From Waddliaceae bacterium (lineage in GTDB: Bacteria > Chlamydiota > Chlamydiia > Chlamydiales > Waddliaceae), in NCBI GenBank assembly GCA_963724325.1, contig CAVRUH010000005.1, positions 96,001 through 160,000 of the forward strand: a stretch of 64,000 bases of DNA, in the 5' to 3' direction. Made by a program: the position numbers and the translations under genes. The notes beneath the pieces are model-generated. The model worked only from the letters and a program-made list of their open reading frames with translations. It made no database searches and was not told the DNA's origin. This document shows, one piece after another, positions 9,528-19,578 of the stretch (positions are counted from its first letter, which is position 1; each line of letters opens with the position of its first letter).

Positions 9528-10970
9528 TCACTGTTCGTCTTGGGAGAGGGTATAGCCCGCTATTCCATCGAAGGTGCAGAGGTTTTCTGTCTGGACGAAA
9601 TCGACTCCTGCAGCTGCAAGCTTTTCAAGCAGACCTGAAATTTGACCATGTGTCACTGATTTTCCCTTCGTTGATGAAATGAAACGGCAGCGCCAAATGT
9701 CAATACAACTTGTTTCAGGATGCCCCTGAGGCCATACCATGACTCCACGATTGGCAATCATTTTTAACTTCAGTCCATCTTCTTCAAAGCGGGACATTTT
9801 CTTCGCTATCTCTTCAGGGGTTCCCTCGAAATCGACAAAAACATCCACACCTAGAGTTTCCTTTTTGCTCCCATTTTTTGCATGGTGCATAGAGAACTCG
9901 AGAATGCTTGGCTTTCCATATTCAACTTCTTTGAGAATTTTAGGCTTCTGTCCTAATCTGGCTATGACTGCTTGAGCAAATTCTTGTGTACCGACCTTTT
10001 GTTTGCTTACGCCCTCTTTAAAAATATCGTAGGTGTGTACTCCATCTTCAATCGTCTTCAGCCACGCATTGTGAATAGTAGAGGCATAATCTATCAGTCC
10101 CAAGTGGACGAGCATCATAACCGAACCGAGAAGTAATCCTGAAGGGTTTGCCAAATTCTGATTGGCCCTGCGAGGAGCAGACCCATGTATGGCCTCGAAC
10201 ATGGCTCCTTTTTCCCCAATGTTTGCCGACCCGGCTAATCCCACAGAGCCTGTGATCTGTGCCGCTACGTCGGATAAAATGTCTCCATAGAGATTAGGCA
10301 TGACGATAACATCGAATGTTTCGGGGAATGATGCTAATTTGGCCGCGCCGATATCGACGATCCAGTGTTCGTTTTCGATCTCTGGATATTCCTTAGCGAT
10401 TTGATCAAAAATTTTGTGAAATAGGCCATCAGATTTTTTTAGGATATTGTCTTTTGTGAAGCAGGTTACCTTTTTTCTATGGTTGGATTTGGCGTATTCG
10501 AAGGCGTAACGGATGATTTTTTCACATCCAGAGTTAGAGATGATTTTTAAGGCGTGGACAGCTCCTAAGCTTTGCTGGTATTCGATGCCTGTATAGAGAT
10601 CTTCCTCATTTTCACGGACAATAACCACATCCATGACAGGATTTTTTGTAGAAACATAAGGGTGATAAGAAACACATGGTCGAACGTTGGCATAGAGTCC
10701 TAAGGCTGTGCGGATTGTGACATTTAAACTTTTAAATCCGCCTCCCTGAGGTGTGGTGATCGGAGCTTTTAGGAATGCTTTAGTATCGCGGATGGTGTTC
10801 CAAGTTTCTGGAGCTATCCCAGCCGATTGCCCGCTGAGATAAACTTTTTCTCCAATTTCAACCTTGTGGTATTCAAGAGGAACTTCAGCAGCCTTGAGAA
10901 TTTTCATTGTTGCAGCCATGATTTCGGGTCCAATTCCGTCCCCTTCGGCAATAGTAATTGGTATTTTCAT
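9528..10970 (-). CDS. icd: NADP-dependent isocitrate dehydrogenase
   Basis: GDGIGPEI, KAPITTPQGGG, RENEEDLY, NLYGDILSD, EAIHGSAP. Confidence 0.95.
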   Translation of the reverse strand: MKIPITIAEGDGIGPEIMAATMKILKAAEVPLEYHKVEIGEKVYLSGQSAGIAPETWNTIRDTKAFLKAPITTPQGGGFKSLNVTIRTALGLYANVRPCVSYHPYVSTKNPVMDVVIVRENEEDLYTGIEYQQSLGAVHALKIISNSGCEKIIRYAFEYAKSNHRKKVTCFTKDNILKKSDGLFHKIFDQIAKEYPEIENEHWIVDIGAAKLASFPETFDVIVMPNLYGDILSDVAAQITGSVGLAGSANIGEKGAMFEAIHGSAPRRANQNLANPSGLLLGSVMMLVHLGLIDYASTIHNAWLKTIEDGVHTYDIFKEGVSKQKVGTQEFAQAVIARLGQKPKILKEVEYGKPSILEFSMHHAKNGSKKETLGVDVFVDFEGTPEEIAKKMSRFEEDGLKLKMIANRGVMVWPQGHPETSCIDIWRCRFISSTKGKSVTHGQISGLLEKLAAAGVDFVQTENLCTFDGIAGYTLSQDEQ

Positions 10971-11026
10971 GATACACTCCTATTTTGGCTTGAGATTATC
11001 CCTTTAATAGATTAAAATCTACACTT

Positions 11027-11998
11027 ATGAAGAAAAAAATACTCAAAGATCTTTTGCAGGCTGAACAGAAATATCTCAACCACTTTTTTGAATCGGTGGA
11101 TATAAGTTCGCTTGAAAATGTGTTGGATGTTCTCGCGGCATGCAAGGGGTTAATTATTATCACCGGAGTAGGAAAAAGCGGGCTTGTCGCTGAAAAAATT
11201 GCTGTTACCATGACCTCTACAGGCTCAAGGGCCCTATTTTTGTCACCTTCAAATGCGCTGCATGGCGATATCGGCATTATTAATCCAGATGATGTATTCA
11301 TTGTGATCAGCAAGAGCGGCGAGAGTGATGAAATTTTGCATCTGATCCCATTTGCACGAAATAGAGGTGTGAAAATAATCGGGATGGTATCAAACACGGA
11401 AAGTCGCATTGCCAAGGCTGTTGATGTTGTGCTGCAACTGACAACCGAACCGGAATTATGTCCATACGATCTGGCACCGACCACCTCGACTACGATACAA
11501 GGAATTGTTGGTGATGTTCTCGCCATGGCTTTAATGAAGTTAAAAGAGTTCAGTCTGGCAGATTTCGCAAGATCACATCCATCGGGTCGCATTGGCAGAA
11601 GGATGATTATCAAAGTTAATGAACTCATGTTGAAGGGGGATGATATTCCTCTTTGCAGCCCCAATGATAAGCTTATTGATACTTTAGTCGAACTTTCCAA
11701 TAAAAAATGCGGGTGCGTCCTTATCGTAGATGAGTCGAAATCACTTTTAGGAATATTCACCGATGGTGATTTGCGCCGCTCTCTTCAGAAAAATGGAGCA
11801 GGGGCTTTAGAATCTCAAATGCGCGAATTAATGAATCAATCAGCACGCCATATTGGCCCTGACGAACTCGCTTGGGATGCCCTGAAGACAATGGAACAAG
11901 ATCAAAAGCGTCCTATTACGGTTCTTCCAGTATTAGTTGACCACAAAAAAGTCGCGGGCATTATCAAGATGCATGATATTGTTCAATCGGGAATTTAG
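11027..11998 (+). CDS. kdsD: Arabinose-5-phosphate isomerase (KdsD/KpsF/GutQ; SIS + CBS domains)
   Basis: TGVGKSG, HGDIG, SKSGES, APTTST, HPSG, FTDGDLRR. Confidence 0.93.
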   Translation: MKKKILKDLLQAEQKYLNHFFESVDISSLENVLDVLAACKGLIIITGVGKSGLVAEKIAVTMTSTGSRALFLSPSNALHGDIGIINPDDVFIVISKSGESDEILHLIPFARNRGVKIIGMVSNTESRIAKAVDVVLQLTTEPELCPYDLAPTTSTTIQGIVGDVLAMALMKLKEFSLADFARSHPSGRIGRRMIIKVNELMLKGDDIPLCSPNDKLIDTLVELSNKKCGCVLIVDESKSLLGIFTDGDLRRSLQKNGAGALESQMRELMNQSARHIGPDELAWDALKTMEQDQKRPITVLPVLVDHKKVAGIIKMHDIVQSGI

Positions 11999-12003
11999 GA
12001 ATC

Positions 12004-12771
12004 ATGAATCATCAGAAAAAAAGTAAAACTTCTTGGGAGGGTGTTTCCCGTTGGTATGATGACCTAGTAGGTCAACAGGGACATTATTATCATCAGGAAG
12101 TTATTTTCCCCAACATTACGTCTCATCTCGAACTGAAAAATACCAAATCTGTTCTTGATCTATGCTGTGGACAAGGGGTCGTTTCACGTCACCTTCCCGA
12201 TCATATTGAATATTGGGGTGTCGATATTGCCCCTTCCCTAATCGATTCTGCCAAAAAAATGGTCAAAAATCCGAGGCATCATTTTTCTGTTGGAGATGCA
12301 ACAGCAAAACTTAATATTGAAAAGAAAGATTTTGATTTAGCCCTCCTAGTATTATGTCTTCAAGATCTTAGCGATGTAGCAAAAGTATTTAAAAATGCGT
12401 CGGATCATCTGGCGCCTGGAGGCAGCTTGCTGCTTGTATTGAATCATCCCTGCTTCCGTGTTCCAAGACAGTCCTCCTGGGGATTCGACGAAAATTCAAA
12501 ATTGCAGTACAGACGCATCAATAGGTATTTAACACCTTTGACGATTCCTATTTTTACAAAGCCAAGTCTTGGAGCAGATTCTCCATCGGTAAATTATTAT
12601 CACAGGTCCTTGAGTGAATACACAAAAGCGCTCAAAGGAGCCGGATTTACCATCGAATTACTGGATGAATGGGTTTCACAGAAAAAAAGCACCGGACCCA
12701 AAGCTGCCATGGAAGATCGGGCTCGGGCTGAATTTCCTTTATTCCTCTTTATTAAGGCAAAAAAATCATGA
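12004..12771 (+). CDS. Class I SAM-dependent methyltransferase
   Basis: VLDLCCGQG motif I, GVDIA, LNHPCF. Confidence 0.85.
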   Translation: MNHQKKSKTSWEGVSRWYDDLVGQQGHYYHQEVIFPNITSHLELKNTKSVLDLCCGQGVVSRHLPDHIEYWGVDIAPSLIDSAKKMVKNPRHHFSVGDATAKLNIEKKDFDLALLVLCLQDLSDVAKVFKNASDHLAPGGSLLLVLNHPCFRVPRQSSWGFDENSKLQYRRINRYLTPLTIPIFTKPSLGADSPSVNYYHRSLSEYTKALKGAGFTIELLDEWVSQKKSTGPKAAMEDRARAEFPLFLFIKAKKS

Positions 12772-14762
12772 CTATTTATACCTGCCCGATGCATCCTGAA
12801 ATAGAACAAGATCATCCTGGGCATTGTCCGATTTGCGGCATGAGTCTCGACTCGATAATGCCTGCCGAAGAAGAAGACAATTCGGAATATCGCAATATGT
12901 TCCGCAGATTATGGATCAGCGCCCTTCTGACTATTCCCGTGATGATACCTTCAACACCTTTATGGGCTCAGCTGATCATCAGTACTCCAATTGTTTTTTG
13001 GACTGGATTTCCCTTTTTTCAACGAGCTTGGGCTTCATTAGTCAATCGTTCCCTGAATATGTTTACACTAATTGCTATGGGAATAGGTACAGCCTATATT
13101 TACAGTGCTATCGTTGTATTATTTTTTAGTTTATCAGGACTTTTTGTCTATTTCGAAGCAGCTTCAGTAATAACTGTTCTAGTCCTTGCAGGGCAAGTGC
13201 TTGAACTCAAAGCCAAAAGCAGCACTAATGCAGCAATCAGGGCGTTGCTGGACAAATCCGCCAAAACAGCACATCGATTAATCGGTGATCAAGAAGAAGA
13301 GATCACCATTGAAAAAGTGCTTGTTGGAGATATCCTGAGAGTAAAACCAGGTGAGAAAATTCCTGTGGACGGCATCGTCATTGAAGGTATTAGCTTTGTT
13401 GACGAATCGATGATTAGCGGTGAAGGTATGCCTGTGGAAAAAAGGGCTGCAAGCTATGTGATCGGAAGTACTATTAACGTGATGGGCAGCTTTCTCATGG
13501 AAGCCAAAAGAGTCGGAAGCGAGACTACTCTTGCTCGCATCGTCCAAATGGTTTCAGAGGCCCAAAGAAGCAAGGCGCCTATTCAAAAATTAGCGGATGT
13601 TATTTCCAGCTATTTTGTCCCTTTGGTAGTCATCTCAGCAATTATTACATTTCTCGTTTGGGCTTCGATAGGTCATATGAGCTATGCTATTATTAATGCT
13701 GTGGCTGTATTGATTATCGCTTGCCCCTGTGCTCTTGGCTTGGCAACACCTATGTCTATCATGGTAGGTATCGGCAAAGGAGCTGAAATAGGCATCCTCG
13801 TCAAAAATGCCGAAGCCCTCGAGAGGCTAGAAAAGGTCAATATTGTCATTATGGACAAAACAGGCACCATCACCGAAGGAAAACCAAGAATTATACAGAT
13901 TGTATCCTACGAACAGGCTCAAGAAAATGAATTACTAAGATTGGCTGCTGCTGTTGAAATGCACAGCGAACATCCTTTGGCTAAAGCCATCATACAAGAA
14001 GCCCAAGAAAGAAAATTAGCCATTCCAGAAGCAGCGCATTTTAAAATAATTCCGGGAGGGATCACTGCTCAGGTCGGTGGAAAGACGGTCTTTATTGGCA
14101 AAGCAGATTCTACGAATGAAGCTATAAAAGCCGCTCAAGAAAAGGCTCAAACGGTCATATGTGTCACCATTGACGGAATTACCGTCGGATTTATTGCCAT
14201 TGCCGATCCAATTAAGAGTTCCACACTATATGCAATCCAAGAATTACATCGGCTCGGGATCCGCGTTATTATGTTGACAGGGGATCACGAACATACTGCG
14301 CGTGCAGTTGCCAAACAAGTGAATATTGACGAGGTCTATGCCGGTGTCAATCCTAAAGATAAGTACAGCTTAGTGAGAGAGCTCAAAAGCAAAAAACAAG
14401 TTGTGGCTATGGCAGGAGATGGAATTAACGATGCACCCTCACTTGCCGAGGCCGATGTGGGAATTGCCATGGGAGCCGGAACCGACGTTGCAATGGAAAG
14501 TGCTGGAATTACCTTGGTTAAAGGGAATCTAACAAGTATTGTAAAAGCTATTCACCTGAGTCGTGCCACTATGCGCAACATTAGGCAAAATCTTTTCTTC
14601 GCTTTTATTTATAACATGGTCGGCGTCCCCATTGCCGCCGGAATCCTCTATCCCCCTTTCGGCATCCTATTAAGCCCCATCATCGCCAGCGCAGCCATGT
14701 CCTTCAGCTCAGTCTCAGTCATCGCCAACGCCCTCCGCCTCAATAAAATCAAATTACGTTAG
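12768..14762 (+). CDS. copA: Copper-translocating P1B-type ATPase
   Basis: YTCPMHP...[33 protein letters not shown] and MSFSS motifs. Confidence 0.92.
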   Translation: MTIYTCPMHPEIEQDHPGHCPICGMSLDSIMPAEEEDNSEYRNMFRRLWISALLTIPVMIPSTPLWAQLIISTPIVFWTGFPFFQRAWASLVNRSLNMFTLIAMGIGTAYIYSAIVVLFFSLSGLFVYFEAASVITVLVLAGQVLELKAKSSTNAAIRALLDKSAKTAHRLIGDQEEEITIEKVLVGDILRVKPGEKIPVDGIVIEGISFVDESMISGEGMPVEKRAASYVIGSTINVMGSFLMEAKRVGSETTLARIVQMVSEAQRSKAPIQKLADVISSYFVPLVVISAIITFLVWASIGHMSYAIINAVAVLIIACPCALGLATPMSIMVGIGKGAEIGILVKNAEALERLEKVNIVIMDKTGTITEGKPRIIQIVSYEQAQENELLRLAAAVEMHSEHPLAKAIIQEAQERKLAIPEAAHFKIIPGGITAQVGGKTVFIGKADSTNEAIKAAQEKAQTVICVTIDGITVGFIAIADPIKSSTLYAIQELHRLGIRVIMLTGDHEHTARAVAKQVNIDEVYAGVNPKDKYSLVRELKSKKQVVAMAGDGINDAPSLAEADVGIAMGAGTDVAMESAGITLVKGNLTSIVKAIHLSRATMRNIRQNLFFAFIYNMVGVPIAAGILYPPFGILLSPIIASAAMSFSSVSVIANALRLNKIKLR

Positions 14763-14778
14763 AAAAACCTTCCAATCC

Positions 14779-15703
14779 CATACGCATCAACTTAAAATAT
14801 CTTTTACCACAGAGAACACGAGAGAAGTCATTGATATCTTGTTATTTCTCTAAGAAAAAACAGGATATGCAGGATCGCAAGCGGCAGGATATGAACGATA
14901 TATGTAACTTCTTACCCTGCTTTAAAATAAAAAGTAATTGACATCATCTTCCTAAAATCCTTCATATCCTGCCGCTTGCGATCCTTCATATCTTGTTATT
15001 TCTCTAAGAAAAAACAGGATATGCAGGATCTCAAGCGGCAGGATATGAACGATATATGTAACTTCTTACCCTGCTTTAAAATAAAAAGTAATTGACATCA
15101 TCTTCCTAAAATCCTTCATATCCTGCCGCTTGCGATCCTTCATATCTTGTTATTTCTCTAAGAAAAAACAGGATATGCAAGATCGCAAGCGGCAGGATAT
15201 GAACGATATATGTAACTTCTTACCCTGCTTTAAAATAAAAAGTAATTGACATCATCTTCCTAAAATCCTTCATATCCTGCCGCTTGCGATCCTTCATATC
15301 TTGTTATTTCTCTAAGAAAAAACAGGATATGCAGGATCGCAAGCGGCAGGATATGAACGATATATGTAACTTCTTACCCTGCTTTAAAATAAAAAGTAAT
15401 TGACATCATCTTCCTAAAATCCTTTATATCCTGCCGCTTGTGATCCTTCATATCTTGTTATTTCTCTAAGAAAAAACAGGATATGCAAGATCGCAAGCGG
15501 CAGGATATGAACGATATATGTAACTTCTTACCCTGCTTTAAAATAAAAAGTAATTGACATCATCTTCCTAAAATCCTTCATATCCTGCCGCTTGCGATTC
15601 TTCATATCCTGTTTTCTTTTTGCAGGGAGGTTAACAAGGTATCAATATCAATGATCTCTCTCGTGTTCTCTGTGGTAAAAGATATTTTAGGTTGATGCGT
15701 ATG
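14779..15703. mobile_element. MITE-like non-coding element bounded by 58-bp terminal inverted repeats
   Basis: 14779-14836 matches the reverse complement of 15646-15703 with 3 mismatches; no ORF inside. Confidence 0.6.
14834..15613. repeat. Tandem array of five near-identical 154-bp units, each with a 41-bp inverted-repeat pair (REP/BIME-like)
   Basis: caggatatgc unit marker at 14861, 15015, 15169, 15323, 15477; first-unit arms at 14859-14899 and 14957-14997. Confidence 0.95.
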
Positions 15704-15731
15704 CCGCAAGGCTGTGGCCCACTCTCTCCGT

Positions 15732-16214
15732 TCAGCTTGAGTTTTTTTCCATTTTGAAGTTGGTGAATTCTATTTCCCCTAAGAAAACCTTTTGTTCTTT
15801 GAGAACTTTGAAACCGTGTTTTTCAAAAAATGGGCGTGCAGTAATACTTACTTCGGCAAATATTAATGAAATGTTGTGATGATTTGCGACTTCGTAGATA
15901 GCTTTCATTAAGGCAGAACCAACGCCAACGCCTATCCATTCATGATGGCAGTAGAAGCAATCGATATGTCCATTAAGTTCGAACTCTACGAATCCTACGA
16001 CCTTTCCATCAACAACAGCAACTAATGGGTTTGTTCTTTCAAATTTCTTTGACCATTTCTCTACTTCAAGACTTGCTTCAGGAGCCCATGTGTCTATTTG
16101 TTTTTTGTTGTAGTCTTTAGCATTTATCTTATGGATGGTATTGTAATATATATTGGCTAGATCCTGTGCATCGCTACTATCATAGGCGCGAACAGCTATT
16201 TTTATTCTATCCAT
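15732..16214 (-). CDS. GNAT family N-acetyltransferase (YafP-like)
   Basis: GHIDCFYCH...GVGSALM, EVSITARPFFEKHGF. Confidence 0.9.
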   Translation of the reverse strand: MDRIKIAVRAYDSSDAQDLANIYYNTIHKINAKDYNKKQIDTWAPEASLEVEKWSKKFERTNPLVAVVDGKVVGFVEFELNGHIDCFYCHHEWIGVGVGSALMKAIYEVANHHNISLIFAEVSITARPFFEKHGFKVLKEQKVFLGEIEFTNFKMEKNSS

Positions 16215-16362
16215 TATGTTTCCTCCATGTTTGTAGTTACCTAGGCAAAGAGTATAATAAATTAGGCGAAACGAGTCAATAAGATCTTCCGGAAATGTTA
16301 GCGCAAAATCTTAAGGGTTGTATGTCTGTAGAATGGCGAAGGATGATTAAAGAGTGAATTGC

Positions 16363-16485
16363 CTAGGAGATCGTATTAACCAACTTAGCCATTGTATGTA
16401 GAGTGGGGTTTTTGCTACGGAAAGCGTGATAGATGGTCGTTCTTGGCAATTGATGTTCCTGTGAAATTACAAATACTGCTTTAAT
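16363..16485 (-). pseudogene. C-terminal fragment of an HTH antitoxin (addiction-module antidote type)
   Basis: Manual translation IKAVFVISQEHQLPRTTIYHAFRSKNPTLHTMAKLVNTIS*; no start codon, in-frame stop upstream. Confidence 0.55.
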
Positions 16486-16524
16486 TTATTTTTTGTTGTA
16501 TTTTCTTGCAATGTATAGGTCAAA

Positions 16525-16583
16525 ATGTCACAATAGAAGTAAATATGACATTTGCGATGTCAAAAACGCCGCGGAAATGACAT
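16525..16583. promoter_or_regulatory. Tandem pair of palindromic operator-like sites
   Basis: ATGTCA-N15-TGACAT at 16525-16551 and 16557-16583. Confidence 0.6.
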
Positions 16584-16605
16584 TTAATTATAATAAGGAT
16601 ATTTT

Positions 16606-17766
16606 ATGCATTTTACGAAGAGATTATTCAGGGAGCCCAAACAAAGTTTTTTTCTTTTTGGACCGCGGGGAACGGGAAAATCTACCCTAATTCGAAAAAT
16701 ATACCCGGATGCTCTAATTATTGATTTACTGAATCCTGCAGTCCAACGAATGTATGCGGCACATCCGGAAAGACTACTCGATGTAGTAAGAGCTGAACCT
16801 ATTGGAAAAGTCATTTTAATTGATGAAATACAGAAAGTCCCAGATTTACTTTCAATAGTTCATATATTAATCGAAGAGAAAAAGCAGTGGCTATTTGTAT
16901 TGACCGGCTCAAGTGCTCGTAAACTAAAAAGGCAAGGTGTAGACCTATTAGGAGGCAGGGCTCTAAAAAAATCACTTCATCCCTTTATGGCAGTTGAACT
17001 TAAAGACGACTTTAACTTCGAAGATGCCCTCTTATATGGTCTTTTGCCCTTAAGATTTGCCTCTAAAGATCCCTTGAGCACTCTTTCTTCGTATATTAGT
17101 CTCTATCTTGATGAAGAAGTAAAGGCAGAAGGCGTGGTGCGCAATATTGAGCCCTTTTTCAGATTTATGGAAGTGCTCAGTTTTTCACATGGCGCCGAAT
17201 TAAGTATTAGCAACATCGCTCGCGAGTCTATGGTCAAAAGAACGACTGTGCAGAATTGGATGACGATTGCCGAGGATTTACTAATTTGTTTTCATATAAA
17301 TGTATTTAAAAAACGGGAAAATCGAGTTTTAACTTCCCATCCTAAATTCTATTTTTTTGATGCTGGGGTTTATAGAGCTCTTAGGCCAAGATCTGTTTTA
17401 GATATAACATCCGAAATTGACGGATCGGCGATTGAAGGTCTTGTCGCACAGCATCTTCGAGCTTGGATAGAATATACAGAAGAAAAACACTCATTGTATT
17501 TTTGGAGGACTAAATCTGGATTGGAAGTGGACTTTGTCCTTTATGGTCCACAAGTTTTTGCGGCTATAGAAGTAAAAAACAGTCAATATATTCATCCAAA
17601 GGACTTGCAGGGATTAGAGGCTTTTTTAGAGGATTACCCAGAGGCGCAAGCACTCTTGTTATACAGGGGAAAGGAAAAAATGTTGTTAAAGGAAAAAATT
17701 TTATGTCTTCCCTGTAATGATTTTTTGAGGCAGTTACATCCAAATACCTTGCTGATTAGAACGTAA
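16606..17766 (+). CDS. AAA_14 ATPase with DUF4143-type / PD-(D/E)XK-like C-terminus
   Basis: GPRGTGKS, LIDEIQ, LTGSS, KFYFFDAG, YFWRTKSGLEVDFV, IEVK. Confidence 0.9.
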   Translation: MHFTKRLFREPKQSFFLFGPRGTGKSTLIRKIYPDALIIDLLNPAVQRMYAAHPERLLDVVRAEPIGKVILIDEIQKVPDLLSIVHILIEEKKQWLFVLTGSSARKLKRQGVDLLGGRALKKSLHPFMAVELKDDFNFEDALLYGLLPLRFASKDPLSTLSSYISLYLDEEVKAEGVVRNIEPFFRFMEVLSFSHGAELSISNIARESMVKRTTVQNWMTIAEDLLICFHINVFKKRENRVLTSHPKFYFFDAGVYRALRPRSVLDITSEIDGSAIEGLVAQHLRAWIEYTEEKHSLYFWRTKSGLEVDFVLYGPQVFAAIEVKNSQYIHPKDLQGLEAFLEDYPEAQALLLYRGKEKMLLKEKILCLPCNDFLRQLHPNTLLIRT

Positions 17767-19393
17767 GTTGATCGAGTAATCTATTTAGGTGATTTTTGGT
17801 ACCCTGGGGGATGACGAGATTGACTTTTTCCTTATCCACTTCTTTACGCATGATCTTGCCTACCTGCTCGTCATGAATGATGGCCATCTGCTGATTGATC
17901 TGTAATAATTTCCAAGCAGCCGCCTCATAGATAGAGAAATTTCGACCAGTTTCAAAGGCATCCTCAGATAAACTCAAAAACAATGAACCTAATTCCCTGG
18001 CACTCTTTTTTACATGATGGAACTCATCTAATGATAATTCGTCTCTTGCTATAAGTAATTTGATCGCCTGTATTTCATTTTTTAGAAATTGTTGCAGATT
18101 TTTAGAGTTAGCTGCTATAAATGCAGTGCCTTTAAGGATATCATCATTTTTTATTAAAAAAACATGTATCCATTGAGCTTCTTTTATTATTTTTTCTTTG
18201 ATATTATGCTTTATTGCATCTTTTAATTTTCCAAATTTCTTCACAAACTTGTGGTATTCTGCCGGTGCTTGATGCCCCTTGGCAAACATATGATAAGCGC
18301 TTCTCATGTAGGTAGCTTCTTCACGAATTCGATTTAATTCCATTATCCTATCACGCGTTAAATGCTCAAAATGCCCTTCTGCAACTTCAGTTAAAAGTTT
18401 ATAATCCATTTGGTCTAATGTCATAATCCATCTTCTATGTGCGACTTGAATTAACCGTACGATATCCTCATTTGTTAAAGTAATCTGAATGCGCGCAGTG
18501 TAATAATGGCTCAAAATCACACTGCTTAAATCAACTGTCGGCACCATAATAACGGTATTTGATTGAACCCCATATACCTGCAAATGTTTCTTTAATACAA
18601 CCAGTGATTCATAGGAGGGAATGAAATGTCCCGATTTGTTTGAAATAAACATGAGTTGTTTATCTTCAACGCGATATAGAATCATTGAACCAGCCGTAAG
18701 AATGGCTTGATTGGCACCCCCTGCCAAAATAGTGTGATTTGGATATGCAAAGTCACTATCTAATTTGTCTTGATTGAAAAGATAGTCCTTTCGACCTGGT
18801 TTTTCCAGGGCCGCCCGAATTGATCCATCAGGAAAAAGGACAAAATTATAGGTTTTTCCAGATTCCATTGTTTTTAGAGTTACCTCATTGAGGTCAAAAG
18901 GCTTAAAAACACCATCTTTTTGGTATTGATGCCACTCTTCTTGGTATAGCCGTTCCCTTTCTGCATCACTTAATTTTCGTCCTGTCTTGAATGTATTGAG
19001 GAAGCCTATTTTGTTCCCAACATTCACAGTCTGAGGAAATAACGTTTTTGGACAGTCAGGATTGTAAAAATCCATAACGGTCGCAGCGTAGGTAAGGTTT
19101 TTGTGGAATTGATCGAGTTGTTTTTCAATAACAGTCATTCCACGAAGAAATTCCTCTTGACTTTCAGCATCGTGAAGATAAGAGAGCCAAGCATCCTGTA
19201 GATAACTACATCGGAGTAATTTATCGGATAATGTTTTGCCTTGTTCTATTTCGCGGTCGAGCTTTTGAAATGTGCATATAGTTTTTTCGGTCGTTGGAGT
19301 GAGTGGTTTTTCTATATCGTAGGCGGACAATCCCCCTAAAAAAATCCCAAAAAATATGGATAGAAAAATCAGTCGTTTAAGCGATAAAAGCAT
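17756..19393 (-). CDS. Exported hypothetical protein with an SNxSGH-motif domain and a CHAD-like C-terminus
   Basis: Signal-peptide-like N-terminus; NHTILAGG...AGS...ISNKSGHFIP; helical His/Arg/Lys pattern in C-terminal half. Confidence 0.7.
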   Translation of the reverse strand: MLLSLKRLIFLSIFFGIFLGGLSAYDIEKPLTPTTEKTICTFQKLDREIEQGKTLSDKLLRCSYLQDAWLSYLHDAESQEEFLRGMTVIEKQLDQFHKNLTYAATVMDFYNPDCPKTLFPQTVNVGNKIGFLNTFKTGRKLSDAERERLYQEEWHQYQKDGVFKPFDLNEVTLKTMESGKTYNFVLFPDGSIRAALEKPGRKDYLFNQDKLDSDFAYPNHTILAGGANQAILTAGSMILYRVEDKQLMFISNKSGHFIPSYESLVVLKKHLQVYGVQSNTVIMVPTVDLSSVILSHYYTARIQITLTNEDIVRLIQVAHRRWIMTLDQMDYKLLTEVAEGHFEHLTRDRIMELNRIREEATYMRSAYHMFAKGHQAPAEYHKFVKKFGKLKDAIKHNIKEKIIKEAQWIHVFLIKNDDILKGTAFIAANSKNLQQFLKNEIQAIKLLIARDELSLDEFHHVKKSARELGSLFLSLSEDAFETGRNFSIYEAAAWKLLQINQQMAIIHDEQVGKIMRKEVDKEKVNLVIPQGTKNHLNRLLDQLTF

Positions 19394-19578
19394 TTCAAAA
19401 CGATCCTTTTAGTTATAATTAACGCATATAATACTAGGAAATTTAATTCAATGCAATTGAAAAGTAATGCAATTTATTTTTTTAATAATTTTTCGCATTA
19501 ATGAGGTAAATGGGAAATTGCCCTTGCCTTTAAGTAATAAATTTTTCACAATGCAGAATTTATGAGAATGTATATTCT

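Noticed and set aside
10996..11760. 254-aa antisense ORF and similar shadow ORFs opposite core genes
   Set aside because: Fully overlap well-supported genes such as kdsD on the other strand and show no motifs.
14834..15613. CRISPR array
   Set aside because: Whole 154-bp units are repeated with no unique spacers, and no cas genes are nearby.
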